Assembly (NCBI GenBank): GCA_030390025.1
Contig: CM059434.1
Span: 33,852,001-33,916,000 of the forward strand
Direction of reading: 5' to 3'
DNA length: 64,000 nt
DNA from: Squalus acanthias
Taxonomy: Eukaryota
Made by a program: the position numbers and the translations under genes. Each line of letters opens with the position of its first letter. Position 1 is the stretch's first letter. Below are positions 38,101 through 48,380 of the stretch, piece after piece. Under the pieces are notes generated by a model. That model had not been told where the DNA came from. It made no database searches and saw nothing but the letters and a program-made list of their open reading frames with translations.

Positions 38101-38764
38101 AAAGATAAACCTGTTGAAAAAAATTTAAAATAATACTTAATTAACTACTGACCTTGTTAAAAGGGGGTCTTACGCCTGCTTTCTTTATGTGTAAAATCTT
38201 CAACACTTACCTGCGCGTTCAAACCTGAAAAAAAAACTAAGTGCGCTGCGTGCGCACAACCTGTAGCGCGCACGTGGTTCACTTAGGAACCGCCCCCTTC
38301 GCAATACCCGAAGTGCCGGTTTCCCGCGCATGCGCAGTGCATGCAGGAAACCGGCACTTCGGGACCTAATACACGAGAGTACACAGTGCGTACTCTCCCG
38401 TATTAGGTCTAATTTTCGGGCCAATATATATAATTTTGTCCCAATCTGCTACTTAGTTATTGTTTAGGCTTAGGGTAAAAATTAAAATTAGATAGATGAA
38501 GTAGAATTTTGGAGAGCTTGTCTTCTCCTACAGGTTAATTGGAATCTACTTTCCCTCCAGATAATCCTCTTTTACACATTTAGGTAACATCTGTAAAAGG
38601 TTGGCCTGACAATCGTCTAAACATTAAAAAAGGACTAAATTGATCTTACTTCCATGGTCCTCTTGGTAGGAGAATTCCAAATGTCCATAAAGAAATGGTG
38701 AGGCCAAAGGGCTGAAAAGAGTTAGGTCTGTTGAATAGCTGTAGTAACCAAAATAGTCTAACAT
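23083..38764 (-). CDS. ELF5: ETS transcription factor ELF5 (ESE-2), six coding exons, 252 aa: 38764-38650, 37492-37259, 35667-35617, 33066-32989, 24216-24021, 23167-23083
   Basis: All junctions are GT-AG and phase-consistent (115+234+51+78+196+85 = 759 nt). Starts MLD. PNT domain [24 protein letters not shown] domain [20 protein letters not shown]...[28 protein letters not shown]...YKFG. Both match ELF5 rather than EHF or ELF3. Confidence 0.93.
24021..24216 (-). CDS. ELF5: ELF5 ETS-domain exon
   Basis: ORF track 24017-24214; acceptor ctccctaag|, donor AG|gtaat. Confidence 0.95.
24559..25453 (+). mobile_element. Internal-deletion derivative related to the Harbinger at 58826-62244 (family B)
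   Basis: TIRs GGGGTAGAAATT / AATTTTTACCCC. 24650-24930 resembles 58860-59140 and 25040-25453 resembles 61830-62244; both genes are lost. Confidence 0.8.
27224..27588. other. Assembly gap (365 N)
   Basis: Run of N. Confidence 1.
27951..28419 (-). mobile_element. 5'-truncated CR1 inserted into the Harbinger transposase
   Basis: [22 protein letters not shown]...; (CATAGAAA)n tail at 27951. Very similar to the copy at 56151-57297. Splits ...VNAQY from LGSSH. Confidence 0.88.
29682..30277. mobile_element. CpG-rich Harbinger-type MITE
   Basis: TIR-like GGGGCAAGAAATT / AATTTTTTCCCCC. Shares ATGACGTCATCGCC and TAGCGCCCC motifs with 15534-16265. Confidence 0.6.
30770..32980 (-). mobile_element. Old L2-clade LINE remnants
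   Basis: ORF 31910-32671 has [24 protein letters not shown] and VDH; nearby GVPQ and HADDTQ. Many frameshifts. Confidence 0.7.
32989..33066 (-). CDS. ELF5: ELF5 linker exon (78 nt, [25 protein letters not shown])
   Basis: ttttaag| and |gtgagt, phase 1-1, in frame; retains the CHS motif seen before the ELF5 ETS domain. Confidence 0.75.
34558..34788. mobile_element. Penelope-like pseudo-LTR-derived hairpin insertion
   Basis: Perfect 98-bp inverted repeat (34590-34687 / 34691-34788) with a 3-nt loop. Flanking 14-bp direct repeat TTGCATTTATATAG (34544-34557, 34788-34801). Same sequence family as the ends of the element at 50230-51720. Confidence 0.8.
34655..34691 (-). ncRNA. Candidate minimal type I hammerhead ribozyme motif (Penelope-associated)
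   Basis: Minus strand reads GGUU-CUGACGA-A-AGGUC-AUC-GACCU-GAAAC-GUU-AACU: both core boxes, a 5-bp stem II, a palindromic helix III and a short stem I. Confidence 0.5.
35617..35667 (-). CDS. ELF5: ELF5 small exon (51 nt, [16 protein letters not shown])
   Basis: ctttaacag| and |gtaagt, phase 1-1, open in frame between the PNT and linker exons. Confidence 0.7.
37259..37492 (-). CDS. ELF5: ELF5 Pointed (SAM_PNT) domain exon (234 nt)
   Basis: [77 protein letters not shown]; tttcag| and |gttag. Missed by the ORF track. Confidence 0.93.
37656..38422. mobile_element. Harbinger-type MITE (family C) in an ELF5 intron
   Basis: TIRs GGCCCAGAAATT / AATTTTCGGGCC, TSD AAT. Close inverted copy at 53991-54756. 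Confidence 0.85.
38650..38764 (-). CDS. ELF5: ELF5 first coding exon ([38 protein letters not shown])
   Basis: Acceptor ttttacag|CATC-ATG TTA GAC; donor A|gtaaga, phase 1, fits the PNT exon. Confidence 0.8.
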
Positions 38765-39357
38765 GATGCTGTAAAATGTAATTAAACAGGTTAATTTCTG
38801 TACACCAAATAGTTTTTCTTTACCGAAAAGATATAAAAGCCAAGAAATTATTGTAGGCAATGGCAGCAGACAATGCTTAACCCATTTATATAACATTCCA
38901 CTGTCCACTATTTTAGTGGGGTAACTCATTTAAGATAAATCGCTTCATGCCTGCTTTAAAAGAACAGTGAAATATCATACAAATATGTTAAGCGTTGATC
39001 TGGTAATAACAGCCCCTCCCTCTCCCAATCATATCCCACCTCTCTTAATCACCCCATCCCCCCCAATCCCAATCGCCCCCTTCCCTCTCCTGATCGCCTC
39101 CCTCCCCCGATCGCCCCCCTCCTCCCGATCGCTGCCCCCACCTCTCCCAGAGTCTAAATGAGAATTGAAATCATATTTGCTGGCGAGCTGCCTTGGAGAG
39201 CCCAGCAGGCGTCTGCAGCTCGCTGGTCTCATGTAAATGTGGCCCAATATTGGGTGTGCTTCGCCGCTACCCGTTCCAGGCAGGGATCGTTCCCTGCACC
39301 TAGTTCGTACCAGTAGTCCGATGCAAACCAATTTTTAGGTCATAATGTGTTCTATGA

Positions 39358-40078
39358 CAGTGTTTCTCAAAATGGGGTCCTGGGGGTCCGTAGAGACTTT
39401 CCAGGGGGTCCGCGACGAAGGCAGCCGGAGGTAATTTCAAGCCTGCTCCTCTTTACAAAAGCCGACACTGATTCAGCGCTTGCGAATTATTCTCAACGCC
39501 TGGGCCCGCCTCCTCACAGAGGCCCACAGCTCTCACTCACTTTGCAACGAGCGCTCCCTGCCGGTCGAGCCGATTCCTCTCCCTGGCACCGCGACCCTGT
39601 GCCATCCTCCCGACACGTGATCAGAGCGCCTGCGGGGGGCCCGTCAAACACGTGCCTGAACGTGTTCACGCAAACGCATACAATCCCACGGTGCAGCTGT
39701 TACAGAACATGCCAATGGGACGGTATGGCGGTGAATCATGCTTCCAGCAGCATCCCAGCGTGTGCATGGGTGCTTGTACCCTCACTCACCTTGGCCAGCC
39801 TGCTGACGGCTTTAAAAATTGTCCAGCACTAAGTGGCTAATAGTGGCCATCTGTTGCTGCGGTGTACCCAGAATTGGTGTGAGAAGCAGGCTTGAAATCG
39901 TCTCACTGATATCTGTAAGTAAATACCTGCTTTCTTAAAAGCATTAGTTAAACACTCTTTACATGCAGCACTTTCATATTATGAGTATTATATAATATTA
40001 TAATTTAGATGGGGGAATCCATGATTACTAATCAATTTGAAAAGGGGTCCTTCAACCAAAAAAGTTTGAGAAGCACTG
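39358..40078. mobile_element. hAT (Charlie-type) non-autonomous element
   Basis: TIRs CAGTGTTTCTCAAA / TTTGAGAAGCACTG. Near-8-bp TSD TTCTATGA / TTCTTATGA. Confidence 0.75.
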
Positions 40079-40244
40079 TTCTTATGACATTACTTTCTAC
40101 ACTGTTTTAATACATGCCTTAATCCACTTACTTTAAATGAGTTAAACCGCCTGCTAAAACAGCAGGCAAAGGGATCATAGGCAAACCAAATTCTGATGGT
40201 GCCTCTGGAAAGGCAGGAATCCGCTTTGTTCTGGAATCCTCTCA

Positions 40245-40600
40245 AACTAGACAGAGTAGACAGAGAGAAACTGTTCCCATTGGCGGAAGGGTCGAGAACC
40301 AGGGGACACAGATTTAAGGTGATTGGCAGAAGAACCAAAGGCGACATGAGGAAAAAGAATTTTACTCAGCGAGTGGTTATGATCTGGAATGTACTGCCTG
40401 AAAGGGTGGTGGAGGCAGACTCAATCACGGCTTTCAAAAGGGAATTGGATAAGTACCTGAAAGAAAAAAATTCAGGGCTACGGGGAAAGGGCGGGGGGAG
40501 CGGGACTAGCCAAAGTGCTCTTGCAGAGAGCTAGCACGGGCTCGACGGGCCAAATGGCCTCCTTCTGTGCTGTAACCATTCGATGAGTCTATGATTCTAT
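40245..40600 (+). mobile_element. CR1 LINE 3' fragment
   Basis: LDRVDREKLFPLAEGSRTRGHRFKVIG...; tail CTATGATTCTAT. Confidence 0.85.
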
Positions 40601-41062
40601 TGTCTAGGCTCAAGTCTCAGAGCTAGTCAGCTTTTGTTACATTCCTACACTAGAAACAATATATTTATAAAAAAACAATCTACTCACTCATAACCGAATA
40701 TACATCCAGAATAGGCAGCAACTCCACACAGACTTATAGAATAGTAATGTCTCACAGCAAGATAAGAATTGTGTTGCTGAATTTTTGATCATTATATATA
40801 TAAAACAAACACGCCCTCTTTGAGGTCACAGAGTAATCTGTTATTATGTAAATTACTTCATGGAAAAATTCCACAGAACTGGAGTGACAGTCTCTCCTGT
40901 GTTCTGCCATTATAATGCCTCAGAGGTGTAATTTAATATCTGTGTCTGTGGAACGCAAATGTATAGAGAAATTCTAAGGTACATTCCATTAATTACTTCA
41001 ATAATTTGTTCACTCTCCCAATTATACTACAGTTGTACCCAATGTAAGAGCTATAAGCGATG

Positions 41063-41545
41063 TGTCAGCTGTGGCTCAGTTGGTAGCACACTTGCTTCTG
41101 AGTCAGAAGGTTGTGGGTTCAAGTCTCAAGTCCCACGCCAGGGACTTGAGCACATAAAGCTCAGCTGACACTCCATTCCAGTGCAGTACTGAGGGAGTGC
41201 TTCACTGTCAGAGGTGCCGTCTTTCAGATGAGATGTTAAACCGAGGCCCCGTCTGCTCTCTCAGGAGGATGTAAAAGATTCCATGGCATGATTTCGAAGA
41301 AGAGTTAGGGGAGTTATCCCTGGTGTCACTAGCCAATGTTTAACCCTCAATCAACATAACAAAAACAGTTTATCTGGTCATTATCACATTGCTGTTTGTG
41401 GGAGCTTGCTGTGTGCAAATTGGCTGCTGCGTTTCCCACATTACAACCGTGACTACACTTCAAAAGTATTTCATTGGCTGTAAAGCGCTTTGAGATGTCC
41501 AGTGGTTGTGAAAGGTGCTATATAAATGTATGTCTTTCTTTATTT
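41063..41545 (+). mobile_element. tRNA-derived Deu-domain SINE (SacSINE1-like), near full length
   Basis: A box TGGCTCAGTTGG, B box GGTTCAAGTC, central GCAAATTGGCTGCTGCGTTTCC...CATTGGCTGTAAAGCGCTTTG, 3' GAAAGGTGCTATATAAATG tail. Minus-strand fragments at about 48755-48980. Confidence 0.75.
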
Positions 41546-42079
41546 TCTTTTACATTAGCTAGTGGTGGTCAACAGTGCTGTGAGAGAGATCATAATTGGG
41601 GTTGACTGAAGACACACATCACTAAAGTGACAATTACAGTCAGTCTTATAATAGAGATATAAAAACAGAAAATTCTGGAAATACTCAGCCGGTCAGGCAG
41701 CATCTGTGGAGACAGAAACAAAGTTAATGGGGGTAATTTTAACCTAAAAAAATGGTGGGTTGGGGTGTGGGAGTAGTTCAAGTATTAAAAATCAGAATCC
41801 CAACCCCCAACCCGCCTCCAAACAGCCCACTTGCAGTTTTAACAGAAGCTGGATGGGAGGTGGGATGGGGGCAGGCAGCCAGCCTGCTGCCAGGAGGCGG
41901 GCAGTCTATTTAAGTATTATAATGGGGCTGGAAGCCTCTTCTTTAACCTCTATTTTGTCTTTAAGTGTAGCTGGTTGGGTTTTTTACACCTCGTAAAACC
42001 CACCAGCTACAGCAAGGTGAGGACTGCTGCATCCAGGAGGTAAGTGCTTTTACACATCCTGGATACAACGTCCTTGGCT

Positions 42080-42430
42080 AACCCCCCCCCCCGCAATCGG
42101 ACAACCCCCTCACGAGGCCTCCAATCACCCCAGGCCTCCCCACTAACCAGGCCTCCGATCCCCCCACGAGGCCTCCTCGCCCCCAGGTCTCTGACCCACC
42201 ACAAGGCTTCCTCCCACAAGCCTCCGATCCCTCACGACCCCACCCCCCCCAGGCCTCCGATCCCCCACGAAGCCTCCCCCCCACCAGGCCTGCCCCCCAC
42301 CAGGCCTCCCATCCCCCATCCCCTCCGGCCCTCCCCATGCGGCTCCTCCGGCCCCCGATCCTCTTTGGACACCCCCCCCATCCTTCCTCCGGCCCCCGAT
42401 CTTCTTGCCACTCTGGCCCAACCCCTCGAT
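42080..42430. repeat. C-rich degenerate minisatellite (GGCCTCCGATCCCCC-like units) inside a MITE-like repeat
   Basis: Recurrent aggcctcc(g/c)atcccc units of about 20-25 bp. Confidence 0.65.
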
Positions 42431-43485
42431 CAGCAACAAATTTAATGATCTCACAAGAAGTGCCAAGGTAAGGCACCCCTTCACATCTTTCTGCACAGCC
42501 CTGCAGGACCCTACCTTTGCCTCAGCACTATCAGTCCTCCCCTTTCCCCACTTACCATGGCTGTTCATAAGTCAGCAGGGAAGTTTTCAATGCACCTCCT
42601 TTCTGCTGCTACTGCCCTCAAAACTACTTCTTGAAATTGATGAATATATATAGAACTATGGGAAGAGAGTGGGGCAAAGGAATAGTTTTGGATTGCTCTA
42701 GCAAAGAGTCAGAGCCTAACACACTGAGCCAAATTACCTCCTCCTACGCGGTAAAGTTCTATCATTTTATTGGGGTGAATTTCCATAGGGGTTCTCCTGG
42801 CCGTCTGCCCTAACTTCAGTGGAAGAGCCATGGAAATCTTGGAAAACCAGCGTGCGCTGTTTCCAGGGATTTGGTGGCTCTTCTGCTGAAATTGCTGTGG
42901 ACGAGCGTTTAAATGTACTGATTATGGTCAACCACAGTGAATGGATGTTCTATCTGTAACACAACCTGCTCCCCCACCTTTCTGTGGGGGAAATCTAACC
43001 CAGACCATCACCACCATTCACTCTCTCCGTAATTAGTTCCCATTCACTGGCTAGCACCTTAAACCAGGAAGTAAATTTACATTGAATTTATGATCCAATG
43101 CTTCCTCTTCTTTGCTCTTTCAATTTAAAATTGTGCCTAGGTCAATAGACCCTGCAGCAAATAAGTGAAGGTGTTATTTCAATTATTTTTTGTTTTAATC
43201 TCTCTAGTGAGTTAGCTAATATATTTAAAGAAATAATAATTTTTAAAATGGCTCCAAAGTCCAATCCTTTTATCCAATTATGATTAGATTATAACTCTGT
43301 CATGTAGGAGTGGTAACAGTATTTTTTTTTACAGTTGGTTGTTTGTGGATATTGGTATATTTTTCATAGTGGCTTAGTGAACTCAAAAATAGTAAGGTCT
43401 TTGTTTTCAAAAGATAGGTTGATTGCGTCAGTCAGAGATATCAGTTAATATGCAGCAAAGGTTACATTTTGCCAAATGGTTGCCT

Positions 43486-43625
43486 CAGTGTTGCTGATAC
43501 ACTGCATGAGGTAGTACTGAGTCATACAGATCAGTAGGTAAATACACTGCACGGTATATTATTGAGCCATACAGACCAGTGGGTAATACACTGCAAGGTG
43601 TAGTACTGAGCCATACAGCCCAGTG
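43486..43625 (+). repeat. Three tandem units of about 45 bp
   Basis: CAGT...ATACACTGCA...TACTGAGCCATACAG repeated at 43486, 43532 and 43577. Confidence 0.7.
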
Positions 43626-43629
43626 GATA

Positions 43630-44600
43630 TAATTGGTTAAATTTGCAGATGATACCAAATTAGGATACCAAGTGGAATTGAAGGAGGCAGCCAAAAACTA
43701 TAGAATGAGCTGAACAAAATATGAGAGTGGCCTAAACAATGGCAGAAGAAATCTAATGGAGCCAAGTTTAAAGTACTGCACACAGGAAGGAAACATTGCC
43801 AACATACATACTTCATAAATAGTTATGAAATAGGTCAGGATGAAGTTGTAGAGATCTAGGAGTCCAAGTAGGCTCAATGCTCAACATGTCCAACCAATAC
43901 AGAGCCAGAATCAACAAAGCCTATAGAATGTTGAACTTCATAGCCAAAGCAGTAGAATACAAGTCAGAGGAAGTCATAATCAAACTGTACAGTATTCTGG
44001 TCAAACCACACCTTGAGTACTGTATCCAGTAATGGTCACCAAGAACGTCTGGAGACAATGTAGAGAGGAGTCATGAAGCTAATCCCTTGTGTTAGTGGTC
44101 TGTGTTATGAGGAAAGAATGAACAGACTTGGGTTTTTCAGCCTGGAAGTTTGAGTTGGAGAGGTGATATTATAGAGGAAAATAAGATAGTAAATGGTATG
44201 GAAAAGGTTAATCCGGAATTCTGCTTTAAATTAAAGTATGTATGTTGGCAATGTTTCCTTCCTGTGTGCAGTACTTTACACTTGGCTCCATTAATTTTCC
44301 TCTGCCATTGTTGGGCAAGTCTAGACAAGCCTGGGCACAGGCTCAACTAGTAAAAGGTAACTTTAGGGCATATATCAGTAGGTTATTCTCCTCACAGAAA
44401 TGATCAACACTTGGAATGGACTTCGAGGCAGAATGGTGGAAGCAAAAACCCCAGACTCATTTCAGCAACAACTAAATGCAGCAATGGTGGGGGAGCAAGG
44501 GGTGGGGTGGGGTGGATGGGTGGTGTAGGGTTGTACTGGATGGATGCATTAAGATTGGATGAATTAAGATTCGCTGAATGGTTTTCCTCATCTATAAGCA
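43630..44600 (+). mobile_element. Old, degraded CR1 3' fragment
   Basis: KFADDTKLG, VEYKSEEVIIKLYSILVKPHLEYC; frameshifted. Confidence 0.7.
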
Positions 44601-44744
44601 TTTTATACTCTTGAAAGTCAAACCCCTCAACAATGACAGGGGTTATAATCTCTTCCAGAAGCCTTGGCAGGTAGTTGCTTGTTTCCTGTCATTGTCTCAG
44701 TCCTTTTGGCATTAGCATTCCCTGTACTTTAAAAAAATATATAT

Positions 44745-47700
44745 TCATTCATGGGATGTGGCTGTCGTTGGCAAGCCCAGCATTTATTGCCCACCCCTAA
44801 TTGCCCTTGAGAAGGTAGTGGTGAGCCGCCTTCTTGAACCGCTGCAGTCCGTGTGGTGTTGGGATGGAGTTCCAGGATTTTGACCCAGCGATGATAAAGG
44901 AACAACAATATATTTCCAAATCAGGATGGTGTGTGACTTGGAAGGGAACTTGCAGGTGGTGGTGTTCCCATGTGCCTGCTGCTCTTGTCCATCTAGGTGG
45001 TAGAGATCATGGTCTTGGAAGGTGTTGTTGAGTTGCTGCAGTGCATCTTGCAAATGGTACACACTGCAGCCACGGTACGCCGGTAGTGGAGGGAGTTAAT
45101 GTTTCAAGTGGTGGATGGGGTGCCAATCAAGCAGGCTGCTTTGTCCTGGATGGTGTCGAGCTTCTTGAGTGTTGTTGGAGCTGCACTCATCCAGGCAAGA
45201 GGAGAGTCATAGAGTCATACAGCACAGAAAGAGGCCCTTCGGCCCATCGTGTCTGCACCAGCCATCAAGCCCTGTCTATTCTAATCCCATTTTCCAGCAC
45301 TTGGTCCATAGCCTTGTATGCTATGGCATTTCAAGTGCTCATCTAAATGCTTCTTGAATGTTGTGAGGGTTCCTGCCTCTACCACCCTTTCAGGCAGTGA
45401 GTTCCAGATTCCAACCACCCTCTGGGTGAAAAAGTTTTTCCTCAAATCCCCTCTAAACCTCCTGCCCCTTACCTTGAAACTATGCCCCCTGGTTATTGAC
45501 CCCTCTACTAAGGGGAAAAGTTCCTTTCTATCTACCCTATCTATGCCCCTCATAATTTTGTACACCTCAATCAGGTCTCCCCTCAGCCATCCCTGTAAGG
45601 GTTTTTGTCTCTCAGCCTGTGAGATTCGTGTGGCTCTGTGCAGCCCGGGTGCTAGTGCGGGTTTAGGCCTTGTTGCCTGTTCTGGTCTCCAGCCAGTCTG
45701 GGAGCACTAGACACACCTGTGAGTGGTTCGACCCACTCGCCCTTACGGTTCTAGACACTGGACTTAGATGCGAGAGCAGTAATGGAGATGAAACTCAGGT
45801 AGACTCGGTTGAATGGTACGAAATGGAAAATCTTTATTGCATAATATTTAAGATTACGAAATACATGTCATAAGCACAGATTAATGACAGTACAATCTTA
45901 CACGCAGTTATGTAATTAATTTCAGGGAAACGAGGAACGAACGACACATCGTAAATGGGGGCACACATTACAATTATCCTTAATACTTAAAACCCTCCCC
46001 TATCAATATCTGTCCTAAGCTAGATTCGTAGGATTCGAGACTCATGCTCACCACTCGTGATAACTCGGAGAATTCCGAAAACTCTGATCGGATGTTTTTC
46101 ACCGCAGCGCCCACGTGTCGATCAGGGGGTCTCCTGGCCCCACTTGTTTACTCGTTTCTGCTCCGGCTAGCAGGCTGGAACGTCTGCTGTCATGAAGATC
46201 TGTGTTGTCCTCGGAGTTCTGACACTGCTCAAAGAAGAGTCTTCCTGTGCCCTCACACCGGTTCGATAAAATTCGAAAAATAGTCTTCCTGTGCCAGTTC
46301 TGTAGAACTCAAAGAAGTCTTCCTGGCAAGGAAAATGTCTATTCGACCTACAGGCGCGGTCGGAGCTTACTGACCGTGGCGATAAGTATGGTCTTCTTCT
46401 CTTCTCATCTCATCTCATCTCATCTCATCTCATCTCGGGCCTTCGGTTCCAACACCGTTTACCGACTTATCGGGATGGTGCGCCCGCTTCAAGGATTCAG
46501 AGCCCAGTTCGTCAAACAGGAACAAGACGGCGAGTCAAGAGCAGCCACGAGGATAAGAGTCAAGAGTCAAGAGCCAAGAATAAGAGTCAACCGAATAAGA
46601 GAGAGATGGACGGTTTGGAGCTTGCAATTATAGTACAAAATCTTCCGTTTCCCGCCCAACCTTAATGTCTTTTCTTTTGTTAGGGTTTGGCGCTCAAATG
46701 TCTTGTATAGGGTGATCTTCGTTTTAATGGGTTTCGGGGATACTCGTAATTGTCTGAGTACCTGTTAATATTTCTACCATTGTTTAATCGGTCGGTGTTC
46801 TCCCTGGAGGGGTTTTGGGGCTTCCAAGTGTTTTCTGTAACTACCCGCTAATGGCTCTCTCATCGTAGAGTCGTTGGGATTTTACATATTAATGTCTTTG
46901 GATGGGTTCTTGATTACTTGGTACAATAGCTCTTATTCGCACCTGGGAGACCGATTTCAGTATTTATGTGTAGACTGTAAACCCATGATGTCTCGTGTAT
47001 TATCTTAGATGTGCTGAGTCTTAATCGATCTTGCACAAATGTTTATTGGAACGCCATCTTGTCTGCCTGTCGAAAAGTCTAGAATGTTCTGTCACGAGGT
47101 GCGGCGGCCATTTTACAAGCTGCTTGTGTCCACTTTGAAAACCTGACAGCATTCTGCTGAAATAAAAGCTGTTTGAACGAAACTCTGTGTTTTTCTCCTT
47201 ATTAATAAAATCGCGATATATTGCGAATTCTACAAAGGAAAACAACCCCAGCCTGTCCAGTCTCTCTTCATAGCTGAAGCGCTCCAGCCCAGGTAACATC
47301 CTGGTGAATCTCCTCTGCACCCTGTCCAATGCAATCACATCCTTCCTATAGTGTGGCGACCAGAACTGCACACAGTATTCCAGCTGTGGCCTAACTAGCG
47401 TTTTGTACAGCTCCATCATAACCTCCCTGCTCTTATAGTCTATGCCTCGGCTAATGAAGGCAAATATCCCATATGCCTTTTTAACCACCTTATCTACCTG
47501 TCCTGCTGCCTTCAGGGATCTATGTACAGGCACACCAAGGTCCCTCTGATCCTCTGTCCTTCCTAGGGTCCTACCATTCATTGTGTAGTCCCTTGCCTTG
47601 TTAGTCCTCCCAAAATGCATCACCTCACACTTTTCAGGGTTAAATTCCATTTGCCACTGTTCTGCCCATCTGACCAACCCGTCTATATCGTCCTGTAGCC

Positions 47701-47900
47701 TGAGGCTTCCCTCCTCGTTATTTACCACTCCACCAATTTTCGTGTCATCTGCGAACTTACTGATCATACCTCCTACATTCATATCTAAATCATTAATGTA
47801 CACTACAAACAGTATTCCATCGCACTCCTGACTTATGGTGGAAAGGCTTTGGAGAGTCAGGAGGTGAGTCACTCGCCACAGAATACCCAGCCTCTGACTG
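44745..47900 (-). mobile_element. Nested cluster: second-family LINE (44745-45205, 47810-47900) > CR1 (45206-47810) > LTR (45594-47234)
   Basis: ORF 47021-47872 (YINDLDMNVGGMISKFADDTKIG...) and ORF 45281-45565 (YKIMRGIDRVDRKELFPL) are two parts of one CR1; its tail AGTCATAGAGTCAT is at 45206. Confidence 0.8.
45594..47234 (-). mobile_element. Probable solo LTR (about 1.64 kb), ERV- or Gypsy-type
   Basis: TGTA...TACA termini. Minus-strand TATAAT near 46630 and AATAAA near 45835. A homolog with the same TGTAAGGG end starts at 63355. No coding sequence. Confidence 0.65.
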
Positions 47901-48184
47901 TACTAATTTAGCAGGTTCTCCTTTACTTTCTGGCTCTCCTTTGCTTTGTTAGCTGTGTTTTTTGCTTTTACCGGTGCCATTGTTCTCCACTATAAATCAA
48001 ACCAGTCAAACTAGTTGCATTCCTAATCTGATGAATCTGTCTTGAGTGATGATCTCCACCTCCTCAATGTGTCTGATATATCTCTCTCTCTGGATCTTGT
48101 GCAATGTATATCTCTCTATCTGGATCTTGTATGTAATTTGAGTGTGTACAAACCCTGGTTCTATACAAATAATTCATCACTAAA

Positions 48185-48380
48185 ACAAAAGCAAAATACT
48201 GCGAATGCTGGAAATCTGAAATATAAACAGAAAATGCAGGAAATACTCAGCAGGTCAGGCAGCATCTGTGGAGAGAAAAACAGGGTTAACGTTTCAGGTC
48301 GATGACCTTTCGTCTGCTGAGTATTTCCAGCATTTTCTGTTATTATTTGAGATTTCCAGCATCCGCAGTATTTTGCTTTT
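48185..48380. mobile_element. Penelope pLTR-derived imperfect hairpin
   Basis: AAAAGCAAAATACTGCGAATGCTGGAAATC...GATTTCCAGCATCCGCAGTATTTTGCTTTT; centre partly deleted. Confidence 0.7.

Noticed and set aside
40688-40805. Possible ELF5 non-coding first exon (TATA-like run near 40795, donor GA|GTGAGT near 40688)
   Set aside because: Plausible position, but only generic motifs support it; needs transcript data.
42007-42568. Pro- and Gly-rich ORFs
   Set aside because: Translations of a C-rich minisatellite.
43061-43074. ELF-type ETS site AAACCAGGAAGTAA upstream of ELF5 (possible autoregulation)
   Set aside because: A single motif match with no conservation or binding evidence.
43486-43625. CRISPR-like array
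   Set aside because: Vertebrate DNA, contiguous degenerate units with no unique spacers, and no cas genes.
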